From the IMG/VR virus record IMGVR_UViG_3300005676_000004: a stretch of DNA of 64,000 bases; one strand, given 5' to 3'. Below the pieces are notes generated by a model, which had not been told where the DNA came from, ran no database searches, and worked only from the letters and a program-made list of their open reading frames with translations. Both the position numbers and the translations under genes were made by a program. Shown in pieces: positions 28,852-37,794 of this stretch; the first letter of the stretch is position 1, and every line of letters begins with the position of its first letter. Source of the DNA: a virus.

Positions 28852-28880
28852 TTTGAAATTTCAAAAAATTTTCGTATATT
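28852..28880 (+). promoter_or_regulatory. Bacteroidota-type promoter (TTTG-N19-TATATT)
   Basis: TTTGAAATTTCAAAAAATTTTCGTATATT, closely similar to the 6473 element. Confidence 0.7.
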
Positions 28881-28928
28881 TAAGTTTGCGCTTGAATTGA
28901 GTGCACTTCTACTGAAAGGTTTCGTCGT

Positions 28929-29084
28929 ATGAAAGAAATAACTGATTTCCTGTCCTTGTTACTGTCTAGCTTTGCATTTCTTGTGCTAGTGGCAGTTGCC
29001 ATCTTTGTAGTTACCTTCTTAGTTGGCATACCAGCATACTTCGGCATCCAAGCGGCAATAGCCGTAGCAACGATGATAGTGTAG
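28929..29084 (+). CDS. Small membrane protein (51 aa, below the ORF-track cutoff)
   Basis: MKEITDFLSLLLSSFAFLVLVAVAIFVVTFLVGIPAYFGIQAAIAVATMIV; first gene after the 28852 promoter, with AAAGG upstream. Confidence 0.65.
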   Translation: MKEITDFLSLLLSSFAFLVLVAVAIFVVTFLVGIPAYFGIQAAIAVATMIV

Positions 29085-29164
29085 CGTTGGGAACTGCTGT
29101 GAAGAAACGTGTTCCCACCGTACCTAAGAAACGTCCCCCAAAGAAGAGAAGAAGGGAGAAGATA

Positions 29165-29356
29165 ATGCCTACTTATGATTACTTATGTAACCGCTGTGGA
29201 ATTTACTTAGAACGTATTGTACCAATTGCGGAACGTGATGAGCAGTTTTGTCAATGCACCGAGGCGTATAAGTTAGAACGCCTTGAAATATTTCCAACAT
29301 CCCCGCCTATCTTAAAGGCCACGGGGTTCTATCAGACCGATTATAAAAAATCTTAA
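29165..29356 (+). CDS. FmdB-family zinc-ribbon protein
   Basis: MPTYDYLCNRCG...C.C...ILKATGFYQTDY. Confidence 0.85.
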   Translation: MPTYDYLCNRCGIYLERIVPIAERDEQFCQCTEAYKLERLEIFPTSPPILKATGFYQTDYKKS

Positions 29357-29374
29357 TTTCTAAAGGAATGTATT

Positions 29375-29734
29375 ATGCCTGAACCAAATTTCCCAGCGTT
29401 TCGTAATGGATCGGATATTGATGTACGGTTTGCCCCGAACCTCGGTGTTATTGAGTGTTCGTATACGCATCTTAAGCGCACCTTCGGACTACCGACATAT
29501 AGGTCGGATAACAACGATGTATTTGAAGGTAATGAACGCTGTGTGTGGATGATTCAATTTGAAAATGGACCTACTGTCTCTATCACCGAACATATTGAGT
29601 TTGGGATGAAAAGTGATGACGAAGAGAGTGACGCCCCTTACGTGCGAAGCACCCGTTGGCGCATTAATTCAAATCACAGAGAAACGTACCAATGGGTAAA
29701 GAGTGCGATCATCTATTCAAATCCACAGCCATAA
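29375..29734 (+). CDS. Hypothetical protein
   Basis: AAAGGA RBS; 119 aa. Confidence 0.7.
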   Translation: MPEPNFPAFRNGSDIDVRFAPNLGVIECSYTHLKRTFGLPTYRSDNNDVFEGNERCVWMIQFENGPTVSITEHIEFGMKSDDEESDAPYVRSTRWRINSNHRETYQWVKSAIIYSNPQP

Positions 29735-29741
29735 AAATCAC

Positions 29742-29763
29742 CAATACGTAGTTCTACGTATAG
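29742..29763. promoter_or_regulatory. 22-bp palindromic operator CAATACGTAGTTCTACGTATAG
   Basis: ATACGTAG-TT-CTACGTAT dyad; identical copy at 45359-45380. Confidence 0.65.
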
Positions 29764-29825
29764 CATAAATAAACGCATTTCCGTAGATTTATACTCAAAC
29801 AACAACATTCCATGAAAGAATTGTA

Positions 29826-30620
29826 ATGATCTGTCCAATTGTTTTGCACTCCAAGTCACCACTAAATCCGCTGAATCGGAGCTGTCCGACTGTAAACTCG
29901 GAAACCATTTCATCAGTTTCCGATGAGACTATACAGTCTATCGTGAGCGATCTCCAAGATTCTTTGGAATTTGCCGATGGACTAGGTCTTGCGATCAACC
30001 AATTGTATCGCCGTGGTAATGATGAACGTCTAGTATACGGTAGTGAAGAAATTGCATCTGTCATCGTCCGCCTAGGATACAACCCACAAGATACGTCTGC
30101 TTCAACTGAGACTATCGTGATGATTTCCCCTGTTATTGTAGATCACTCTCTAGAGGTCGTTGACTCTCAAGAGGCATGTCTATCAATTCCAGGAATAAAT
30201 CACACAGTCACGCGATATGCTTGGGTAGAAGTTAAATACTTCAATGAACTCCGGCAAGAGGTTACACGGAAGATTTCATTCCCAGACTCGGTAGTAGTTC
30301 AGCATGAGATAGATCATATTCAAGGGATGACGTTGCTAGATCACATGACTCCGATGGCGAGGCAGTTAGCATCGAACAAACTTAAGAAGATTGCACGTGG
30401 TACTGTGAAAATTCCGTATGTAGCGGTAACAGTAAACGAAAGTAATAACCGTACAACTACACGTGTAGTTGGCTTTGAGTATCTAACTCAAGCCCGTAGA
30501 CTTCAATTCATGCCGTTCTTTATGGGAACCAAATCTATTGAAGAGTCGTTAGATGAAATTCAAGACTCTGTCGGTGACGAAGTTGTCGCCGATGAAACAA
30601 CTGAAAAATCAATTTTTTAA
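29826..30620 (+). CDS. def: Peptide deformylase
   Basis: Motifs GLGLAINQ, EACLS and QHEIDH. Confidence 0.93.
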   Translation: MICPIVLHSKSPLNPLNRSCPTVNSETISSVSDETIQSIVSDLQDSLEFADGLGLAINQLYRRGNDERLVYGSEEIASVIVRLGYNPQDTSASTETIVMISPVIVDHSLEVVDSQEACLSIPGINHTVTRYAWVEVKYFNELRQEVTRKISFPDSVVVQHEIDHIQGMTLLDHMTPMARQLASNKLKKIARGTVKIPYVAVTVNESNNRTTTRVVGFEYLTQARRLQFMPFFMGTKSIEESLDEIQDSVGDEVVADETTEKSIF

Positions 30621-30642
30621 CATTTTCCAAAGGAGTTTTACA

Positions 30643-31077
30643 TTGTTAAGACTAATAGGATTTCTAGCGGTGATATGTATGATTTCCGCCGGAACAGTAT
30701 TTGCTCAGAGTAGTGCCAAGACACTTGTTGTAGGTGGAAATGGTAAGGTATCTCTCGGCCAAGTAATATCTGGATTCAATCGTGGGCATGTTGGTATTCG
30801 TATGCCAATTTCAACGACGTCTGGAATTATGGACGAGGATAACCCACTGATTCCATTCAGTGGTAAATTCTTCCCGAATCCATGCAACGGTGTAGTTCAA
30901 TATACTGGACCTACTCTCCGATCAATTCAAGCATTCACCATCCTCGGTAATGAACTTGAATCTTCGGCTGTCAGCTTAGAATCACAAACGATTACGTTTC
31001 CTGCTCGTGGTACTTACATAATCAAAATTGTAACCGAGCTAGGATTGCGTAAATCTTTTACAATCATTTACAAGTAA
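30643..31077 (+). CDS. Small secreted protein with T9SS C-terminal sorting domain
   Basis: TTG start after AAGGAG; signal peptide ...GTVFA|Q; C-terminal FFPNP...ILG...GTYIIKI...KSFTIIYK. Confidence 0.75.
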   Translation: MLRLIGFLAVICMISAGTVFAQSSAKTLVVGGNGKVSLGQVISGFNRGHVGIRMPISTTSGIMDEDNPLIPFSGKFFPNPCNGVVQYTGPTLRSIQAFTILGNELESSAVSLESQTITFPARGTYIIKIVTELGLRKSFTIIYK

Positions 31078-31103
31078 CAAATTTTTCACTAAAGGATAAA
31101 AAA

Positions 31104-32150
31104 ATGCGTCATCTTTTACTTGCTCTCGTAGCAATGTTTTCCGTAGCAGTTGCATCGTCACAGACTACACTGCAATACCAAGCTCATTCGCGTACACCGA
31201 GGACATCAATTATGTTCTCTGCGTACATTGCGGATAGCACATTTAACGAAGATTCACACCTTAACACTTCGGCGTTCTGGTATGTTGAGAACCAACAAAT
31301 CTTTGTTGAGAATGGGGTCGTAAACGCGACACTAGCAAACATACCAGACTCGGTGTTTAACGGGCGAGAAGGGCAACTATTTGTCTTTGGTTACGTGGAT
31401 GGACAAAGTCTAGGAAGACTCCCTATTAATACGTTACCATACTCACGATTCTCAACAAACGCAACTAACGCGTTGAACTCTCAGTTCTCAGACTCATCAA
31501 GGTCCTCAAACTTCGCAGTGTGGTCGGACTCATCTGGATTCGCCGGAAGAGCATATCAATCTGACTTTGCAGATAGTGCTAAATATTCCGACTCATCTAT
31601 GTTTGCAGATCGAGCTGATGTTGCGGGTGTAGCGTCGTTAGCAACTACAGCTCTTAAGGCTGATACCGCTATTGAAGCATTATCTGCCGATTGGTCGCAA
31701 TATTCCGATACTGCTACGTATTCTCATGAAAGTGGTTTAGCATACCTTTCAAACTCAGTTTCAAATAACGGGGTATCTGCGTATGCGATCAGTGGAGGGC
31801 AAACTGCACCAGCGGGGTCGGTTCTCACGAAGGGTGTTGGTAATACACTTGCGTGGCAGACGAATCCGCAATACTACACGGCTGACGTGATGATCTTCAC
31901 GGTAGCCCCTGGAGTTATCCCTTCAAACGTTCGTTACGTGGTATCGCGCGTAGCGTCAAATTATAGCATCGTTGCGCCTAGCAACCCCGAAACAAATCGT
32001 TTAATTACGATCTATAACGGAGCTACATTTAACAATGTAGTAATTAATGCTAGTACATGGGGTCTTGACGTCGGAGGAAACTTCACAATCTCCCCTGGCC
32101 AAGGCAAGACGCTCTGGTACAGTGGTGCGAATTGGGTGATTATTAACTAA
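31104..32150 (+). CDS. Secreted fibre-like protein with Ala/Ser/Asp repeats
   Basis: Signal peptide ...AVASS|Q; QYQ...NGVVNATL...TLPYS N-domain; repeated (A/S)xx(A/S)D units; beta-rich C-terminus ending YSGANWVII. Confidence 0.75.
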   Translation: MRHLLLALVAMFSVAVASSQTTLQYQAHSRTPRTSIMFSAYIADSTFNEDSHLNTSAFWYVENQQIFVENGVVNATLANIPDSVFNGREGQLFVFGYVDGQSLGRLPINTLPYSRFSTNATNALNSQFSDSSRSSNFAVWSDSSGFAGRAYQSDFADSAKYSDSSMFADRADVAGVASLATTALKADTAIEALSADWSQYSDTATYSHESGLAYLSNSVSNNGVSAYAISGGQTAPAGSVLTKGVGNTLAWQTNPQYYTADVMIFTVAPGVIPSNVRYVVSRVASNYSIVAPSNPETNRLITIYNGATFNNVVINASTWGLDVGGNFTISPGQGKTLWYSGANWVIIN

Positions 32151-32177
32151 TCATCGTTGATAGTTTGTAACCAAGTG

Positions 32178-32220
32178 GGGTAGTTGATTGTTATACAACA
32201 GTTAACTACCCTTGTTCTTT
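32178..32220 (+). terminator. Intrinsic terminator-like hairpin
   Basis: GGGTAGTTGA...TTAACTACCC stem followed by TTGTTCTTT. Confidence 0.6.
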
Positions 32221-32246
32221 TAGGGGTGGTAATAGTACCACTAGCA

Positions 32247-32255
32247 TATTTATAG
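32247..32255 (+). promoter_or_regulatory. TATTTATAG putative late promoter
   Basis: Follows a GTGGTA-atag-TACCAC hairpin; upstream of 32346. Confidence 0.55.
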
Positions 32256-32345
32256 TATGTACCGAGCTTACATGCTTGGTACACTTTTAAGTTTTGTAAA
32301 ATCATTTACAGTAGTTCTACGGATAGTTTCCAAGGAGTTTGTCGT

Positions 32346-35300
32346 ATGTACAATACATTTTTCAAGAATATCTTATTAGCGTTATCAGTGTTGGTTGGGA
32401 TAACAACCGCAGATGCGCAGACGTATCGGCGTATAGACCTCACGGAAGGTCGTCGGTATATGGTGGCATTCCCCAAGGTATGGGCTAGCAACACTGAGCT
32501 GCCACTTCCTCAGCCTATGCAGTTGCTTATTTCATCCAAGGTACGAGCGAAGGTACGGATATTCACGCCCGCTGTTATCAATGACGCTGGTGGAATTGAT
32601 CGCGAAATAATCGTAGAACCTAATAAGACAGCAAAAGTTCCAGTCTCTATATCGTATCTCCCGCAACCGGATGAGTCTGAGCGTCGTTTAGGATATGGTA
32701 TCCAAGTAACTAGTGATAAACCAATATCAGTTACTACCTACCAAGCGTGGATGGGTAACGGAGAATATGCAAGACACCTTCCAGTTGCATCTTGGGGTAA
32801 GACATATTATTCAATGAACTTCTATCAAGATCGTTACGGTACTGGTTCTCCATATAAAGAACGTCCTAGTCAAATCATTGTCATCGCTGATAAAGACAAT
32901 ACAGTAGTAACGTATACACCAACCGTTGGTACACAAGGTGGTATAGATGCACCAGCGACTCCAAAGAATTCATCAAGGACAGTAACACTACAGCGTGGTG
33001 AAATCTTCGTCATTAATGACAAAATTATTTCATCACAGATAAAAGAATTTACCACTGACTTGTCGGGTACATACATCCGAGCGTCTAAACCAATTGGCAT
33101 TGTCACGGGACACACTAAAGTAGCAATTATGAGGTATCCCGACGTATTACCTCCTACTGGTGGTTTTATGACGGAAGCACATTTCGTGCGTAATAACGTT
33201 CATGATGCTCAGATACCAAACGAGATGGCAGGGACGCGTTTTGTTACTGTACCAGTGATGTATACTGACAGCCGTGTTACTGGTATAGGTGCACAACAAT
33301 TTGGCATAGATGATGACCGTGGAGATGTGGTTCGTATTGTTGCAACTGAAGATGATACACGTATTACCGCACAACGAACTGATGGTAGCGGTATGAAGCC
33401 AGTTGCTCTTCTTCGTAAGAAGGGGGATTCGTATTTAGAGGTGTCCTTAGAGACGGCAACCTATTGGGAAGCTGACAAGCCAGTTCTCATAGGACAATAT
33501 GGTAAATCATATGCAAAGATAATACCTCCCGTCTTTGGCGTCGAGGATCGTAAGAAAACGATTTGGGATGTTCCGCAAGGACACCCAACAGTTGAGGCTG
33601 GTATGCCAATGTTACAATATATACCGCCTATCAACAGATGGGTTACCTACGGTGCATTCAATTCACCAGATCAGATGGATAACTTCTTTAACATTGTCTT
33701 TAACACTGGCGATCAGACTCGAATCAAATTTGATGGTCGTTTTATCGGAAGCATCTTTGGTGGGGCAATTAAACAGTTAGCAGGAACTCCGTACTCTTTC
33801 ATACGAGCTAGGATTCCGTCTGGAGATCATACTGTAGAATCTTCCGATGAATCTGTTAAATGGTCAGCATGGAATTATGGTTCGTTTGATGGCTTGCAAC
33901 AAGGCAGAGCGTATGGTACACCCATAGCAATTGATTTAGCACTGCCATGCGACGATACCATCCTCGTTGAAATTGATTCAACATGTGGTGACTGGAATGG
34001 TACAGTACGAATACAGTCAACTACTCCTGGATGTGCAAGTCTATTTGATATATTTTTAGATGATGAAGTTAATGCTACGTTGGCGTACAATGAAGATACA
34101 CAACCAACCCCACAAGGCGTTAGCGTTCCATTCGTAATTACAGTCGTTGACAAGACAAAGGCAGCATCAGGAACGTTATACGTGACCTCTAGGTCAGGCC
34201 TTCAATACAGCATACCATTTGAATATAAGCCAAATGCAATCTCTATAATTCCAGAGTTAATTGACTTTGGAGTAGTAGCGAAGGATCAACAAGTATGTAA
34301 GTCGTTGTTCATAACAAACAATGGTAATAAAGAGTTTTACATATCATCTATTCGCGCAAAGTCAAGTCCACAACTCATCAGTATAACCCCAAATCAAGTT
34401 CGTATACAACCAGATCAAACTGTAGAGTTTCAAGTATGTATAACCGGAACATTTAATGGGTCAGTTGTTGACACTGCGGTAATCTCGTATGCGGCATTCA
34501 TTGAAGATCAATTCTGTTATGAAGTGTCTCCAATTGAAATTCGAGCGCGTGTTGATGAGCCAGACTTCTTTGCGGGAGATCAAGATTGGGGTATAATTGG
34601 AAAGAACCAACGTGCTACGAAGACAATAACTCTCTTGAATGCTGGTAATGCTGACGTGGAAGTTTATGACTACAATCCAAAGTTGTCTGGGCCTAACTTC
34701 TCAAATCTCGTCGTTAACCTACCACTGCGGATAGCTAAGGGTGAGCGCGTCATCCTAAATGTAGACTATACTCCAAACGGAGAAGTTGGCGTAACGCACA
34801 CTCAACGAATTGATTGGGTAACAAATGCTACAAAAACAAAACTGTACTCAGACTTAAAAGGTCAAGGTGCTGACGCTGCACTTGAGATTACAAATTTAAC
34901 GTGGCTTGAGCGCGTCATAGATCAATGGCAGCGTGATCAAGGTATTAATGAATACGTAGATACGATATTCATCTCCAACGTTGGCTTGCGGAAGGCACTA
35001 ATTTCATCAATTACCATAGAAGGTCAAGACGCATCAAATTTCAGGATTGTTGATCAGTCGGGTGTTATAATGAACTCTGACGGTGGTATATCTAACATGC
35101 CGCTACTAGTTTCTTTTATACCTACAGAAATTCCTAATACTAGAGATGCAGAACGTTCATACAGAGCCAACGTTGTGATCAACTATAGTGTTGATGGTGA
35201 CGCTGCAACTGTTACGGGTGAGCTTAGCGGTACGGCTACACAACCTAGGCCATCTGCTACTGGATATAACTTCGGTACGATTTCAGTTAACGGTGTTGGT

Positions 35301-36749
35301 GCTGGAAATGTATTTATCTATAACGTTGACTCGGTGTTAACGAATGTGTTAACAAACAATGCCGACGGTACTATGGACATGCAACTGTTTGAGTTGACTA
35401 TTCCCGACAATACACCGTTTGTATGGGCTAGGTCTAACAGCAAAGTTCTCACGTATACACCACCAATAAATGTCCGCCCTGGTGACGCGTACTATGCCAT
35501 GGAAGGTGTGCGTTTTGAACCTACTACTGTTGGATCGTTTACTACACAATATGATATAAAGTACAATGGTCATGTAGTTGTACGTCCAACGTTGACAGGT
35601 GTGGCTGAGCAAACTATTCAGTTATCAGTTACAAACCTCCATCTTCTACAATGGATCAATCATTCTGTTGACGGTTTCTTTGAAGCATCATTGACTGCGG
35701 ATGGTGTAATTTCGGTAGATGATCCGTCGTCTGGTGACGCATTGAACTTCTCAATAGTCGGGTGGTCTACCGATGGTGGTACAACCATTAATCCTAACTA
35801 CCAGCAAATTCAATTGTCGGCGAACCAAGTGGCTAGAATTTATGTCCGATTTACACCTTCAATGGTAACGTCAGCAGGACTTAAAGCTGGCCAGTCCTTA
35901 AATGGAAGGCTTCCATATCGAGATGCAACATTTATGACGTCAGTTAAAGTACGTGAGCTACAATCTGGATTAACGGCGGATGCAGCAATCACAGGCGACG
36001 GAAAGTATCTTGAGACAACAGTGTACATTCCGGACTACACTAACGTAGGACTTGGTAAAGAGCATGTTGTCTACACATACTTACGTCCTACGCCGGAGCC
36101 AGTGGCAGAAGGTAAAATTCGTCAATTCAGAGCACGTCTATCATTTGATAATCGGATGCTGTATCCGTTGGGGGTTGTTCAACAAGGAACACAAACTGAT
36201 GGATGGCGAGTTGTATCGTACACTGTAATCGGTGGTAATATGATAGAGCTTGATATGAAGAGCGACAATCCAGTGAATGTTCTCGTGGATAATCCAGTAC
36301 CAATTTTTGGTATCAAATATCAGACGCTTATGGCACGTTCAACGTCAACGCCGCTTCCGATCCAATTGTATTGGGTCGACCTTGAGCAAAAGTTTGATGA
36401 GGATAGATTGTATACCGTCTTCAACTACGAGCCAGGAAGTATTAATGTCTTGACTCCATGTACCGGAACTATGCGTCTAGTCAACATGTTCTCCACGACG
36501 TCATATATACGAGTTCCAAATCCAGTAGTAGACGACAACATCTTAACGGTTAATTATGGAGTTCCAGTACCTTCAACCGTGTCCATGACGTTAACTTCAT
36601 ATGATGGTAAGCAAGTTTCACTTGTCAACGGCAAGCAATCAAATGGAGAGTATTCCTTAGAGTATGACATGAATACTCTTCCAACGGGAGTATACTTCGT
36701 ACGCTATAGTCACCTTCCAGATAACGTCATCCAGATCATAAAGCGATAA
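32346..36749 (+). CDS. 1467-aa secreted surface protein: IgGFc-binding-like N-domain, Ig-like (choice-of-anchor D-like) repeats, cohesin-like domain, T9SS C-terminal domain
   Basis: Signal ...TTADA|Q; ARHLPVASWGKTY, ITSDKPI and YGS.DG...AYG motifs; IDFGVV/QDWG/YNFG Ig repeats; C-terminal VPNP...YDGKQV...LPTGVYFVR. Confidence 0.85.
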   Translation: MYNTFFKNILLALSVLVGITTADAQTYRRIDLTEGRRYMVAFPKVWASNTELPLPQPMQLLISSKVRAKVRIFTPAVINDAGGIDREIIVEPNKTAKVPVSISYLPQPDESERRLGYGIQVTSDKPISVTTYQAWMGNGEYARHLPVASWGKTYYSMNFYQDRYGTGSPYKERPSQIIVIADKDNTVVTYTPTVGTQGGIDAPATPKNSSRTVTLQRGEIFVINDKIISSQIKEFTTDLSGTYIRASKPIGIVTGHTKVAIMRYPDVLPPTGGFMTEAHFVRNNVHDAQIPNEMAGTRFVTVPVMYTDSRVTGIGAQQFGIDDDRGDVVRIVATEDDTRITAQRTDGSGMKPVALLRKKGDSYLEVSLETATYWEADKPVLIGQYGKSYAKIIPPVFGVEDRKKTIWDVPQGHPTVEAGMPMLQYIPPINRWVTYGAFNSPDQMDNFFNIVFNTGDQTRIKFDGRFIGSIFGGAIKQLAGTPYSFIRARIPSGDHTVESSDESVKWSAWNYGSFDGLQQGRAYGTPIAIDLALPCDDTILVEIDSTCGDWNGTVRIQSTTPGCASLFDIFLDDEVNATLAYNEDTQPTPQGVSVPFVITVVDKTKAASGTLYVTSRSGLQYSIPFEYKPNAISIIPELIDFGVVAKDQQVCKSLFITNNGNKEFYISSIRAKSSPQLISITPNQVRIQPDQTVEFQVCITGTFNGSVVDTAVISYAAFIEDQFCYEVSPIEIRARVDEPDFFAGDQDWGIIGKNQRATKTITLLNAGNADVEVYDYNPKLSGPNFSNLVVNLPLRIAKGERVILNVDYTPNGEVGVTHTQRIDWVTNATKTKLYSDLKGQGADAALEITNLTWLERVIDQWQRDQGINEYVDTIFISNVGLRKALISSITIEGQDASNFRIVDQSGVIMNSDGGISNMPLLVSFIPTEIPNTRDAERSYRANVVINYSVDGDAATVTGELSGTATQPRPSATGYNFGTISVNGVGAGNVFIYNVDSVLTNVLTNNADGTMDMQLFELTIPDNTPFVWARSNSKVLTYTPPINVRPGDAYYAMEGVRFEPTTVGSFTTQYDIKYNGHVVVRPTLTGVAEQTIQLSVTNLHLLQWINHSVDGFFEASLTADGVISVDDPSSGDALNFSIVGWSTDGGTTINPNYQQIQLSANQVARIYVRFTPSMVTSAGLKAGQSLNGRLPYRDATFMTSVKVRELQSGLTADAAITGDGKYLETTVYIPDYTNVGLGKEHVVYTYLRPTPEPVAEGKIRQFRARLSFDNRMLYPLGVVQQGTQTDGWRVVSYTVIGGNMIELDMKSDNPVNVLVDNPVPIFGIKYQTLMARSTSTPLPIQLYWVDLEQKFDEDRLYTVFNYEPGSINVLTPCTGTMRLVNMFSTTSYIRVPNPVVDDNILTVNYGVPVPSTVSMTLTSYDGKQVSLVNGKQSNGEYSLEYDMNTLPTGVYFVRYSHLPDNVIQIIKR

Positions 36750-36761
36750 CGTAAAAATTTA

Positions 36762-36798
36762 ACAGGGGGCAGTGAGTAGAAATATTCGCTGCCCCTGT
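36762..36798 (+). terminator. Terminator-like hairpin
   Basis: ACAGGGGGCAGTGA / TCGCTGCCCCTGT stem, followed by CCTTATTT. Confidence 0.65.
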
Positions 36799-36801
36799 CC
36801 T

Positions 36802-36810
36802 TATTTATAG
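36802..36810 (+). promoter_or_regulatory. TATTTATAG putative late promoter
   Basis: 30 nt upstream of the endolysin ATG. Confidence 0.6.
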
Positions 36811-36839
36811 GTAAGAGATGTTACACAAATTGAGAGACA

Positions 36840-37445
36840 ATGGTGAATATAAATTCATTGAACGGAATCATACCGTCGCACGTTTTAGCGGAGTTACCAT
36901 CCGTAATTGATAAGTTTCACATTAACACCCCCCTTCGCTTAGCACACTTCTTAGCTCAGTGTGCTCACGAGAGTGGTGGTTTTAAGCATGTCAGTGAAAA
37001 CTTAAATTACTCCGCCGATGGGTTACGTCGGGTATTCGCTAAATACTTCAAGCAAGGTGGGCTAGCGGAATCGTATGCTAGGAAGCCTGAGCTTATAGCT
37101 AGTAGAGTATATGCTAACCGTATGGGCAACGGAGATGAGGCTTCGCGTGATGGTTGGAAATTCCGTGGTAGAGGGTTTATTCAACTCACGGGAAAGAACA
37201 ACTATTCTGCATTTAACGACTTCGTCGATGACGACGTTGTATCTAATCCCGATCTCGTCGCTTCAAAGTATCCATTGACTTCCGCCGGATGGTTCTTCTA
37301 CAAGGCTGGGCTGAATGCTATCGCAGATAGAGGGTCTTCCGACGCAGTGGTCACTAACGTGACCCGTCGTGTTAATGGTGGTACGCATGGGCTTGCCGAT
37401 CGTATCAAGTATTTCAAACGGTATTATCCAATCCTAAACTCATAG
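36840..37445 (+). CDS. Glycoside hydrolase family 19 endolysin
   Basis: LAHFLAQCAHESGGF, ENLNYS, YANRMGNG, FRGRGFIQLTGKNNY and RRVNGG.HGL.DR. Confidence 0.92.
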   Translation: MVNINSLNGIIPSHVLAELPSVIDKFHINTPLRLAHFLAQCAHESGGFKHVSENLNYSADGLRRVFAKYFKQGGLAESYARKPELIASRVYANRMGNGDEASRDGWKFRGRGFIQLTGKNNYSAFNDFVDDDVVSNPDLVASKYPLTSAGWFFYKAGLNAIADRGSSDAVVTNVTRRVNGGTHGLADRIKYFKRYYPILNS

Positions 37446-37455
37446 AGAGATTATA

Positions 37456-37794
37456 GTGCTAAACAGTTTTTGGAGTTCGCTAGGTGGTAGTCTTGAAGAC
37501 TTAAATTATGTCGTTCGAGAAGATGTTGATGAAGTTACATCTGACCTAGAAGAGAACAACATTCGCACTATGACTATGATCGATCGTCTCATAGAACGGA
37601 TTAACACGTTATCGCTACGGCACAGTGACTTTGACATCTTTGAAATGAAGACTAGTATCTACGTCTTGACGTGGATAGCACACAGACTATCTATTGATCC
37701 GCGTAACCAATTATCAGATGATGGCTACGAGTATATACAAGAGTTATCTCTACGTTTCACTAGAAAATTAGAGGAACTTCAAAAGGGAAGTTAA
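37456..37794 (+). CDS. Hypothetical protein
   Basis: GTG start just after the lysin. Confidence 0.55.
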   Translation: MLNSFWSSLGGSLEDLNYVVREDVDEVTSDLEENNIRTMTMIDRLIERINTLSLRHSDFDIFEMKTSIYVLTWIAHRLSIDPRNQLSDDGYEYIQELSLRFTRKLEELQKGS

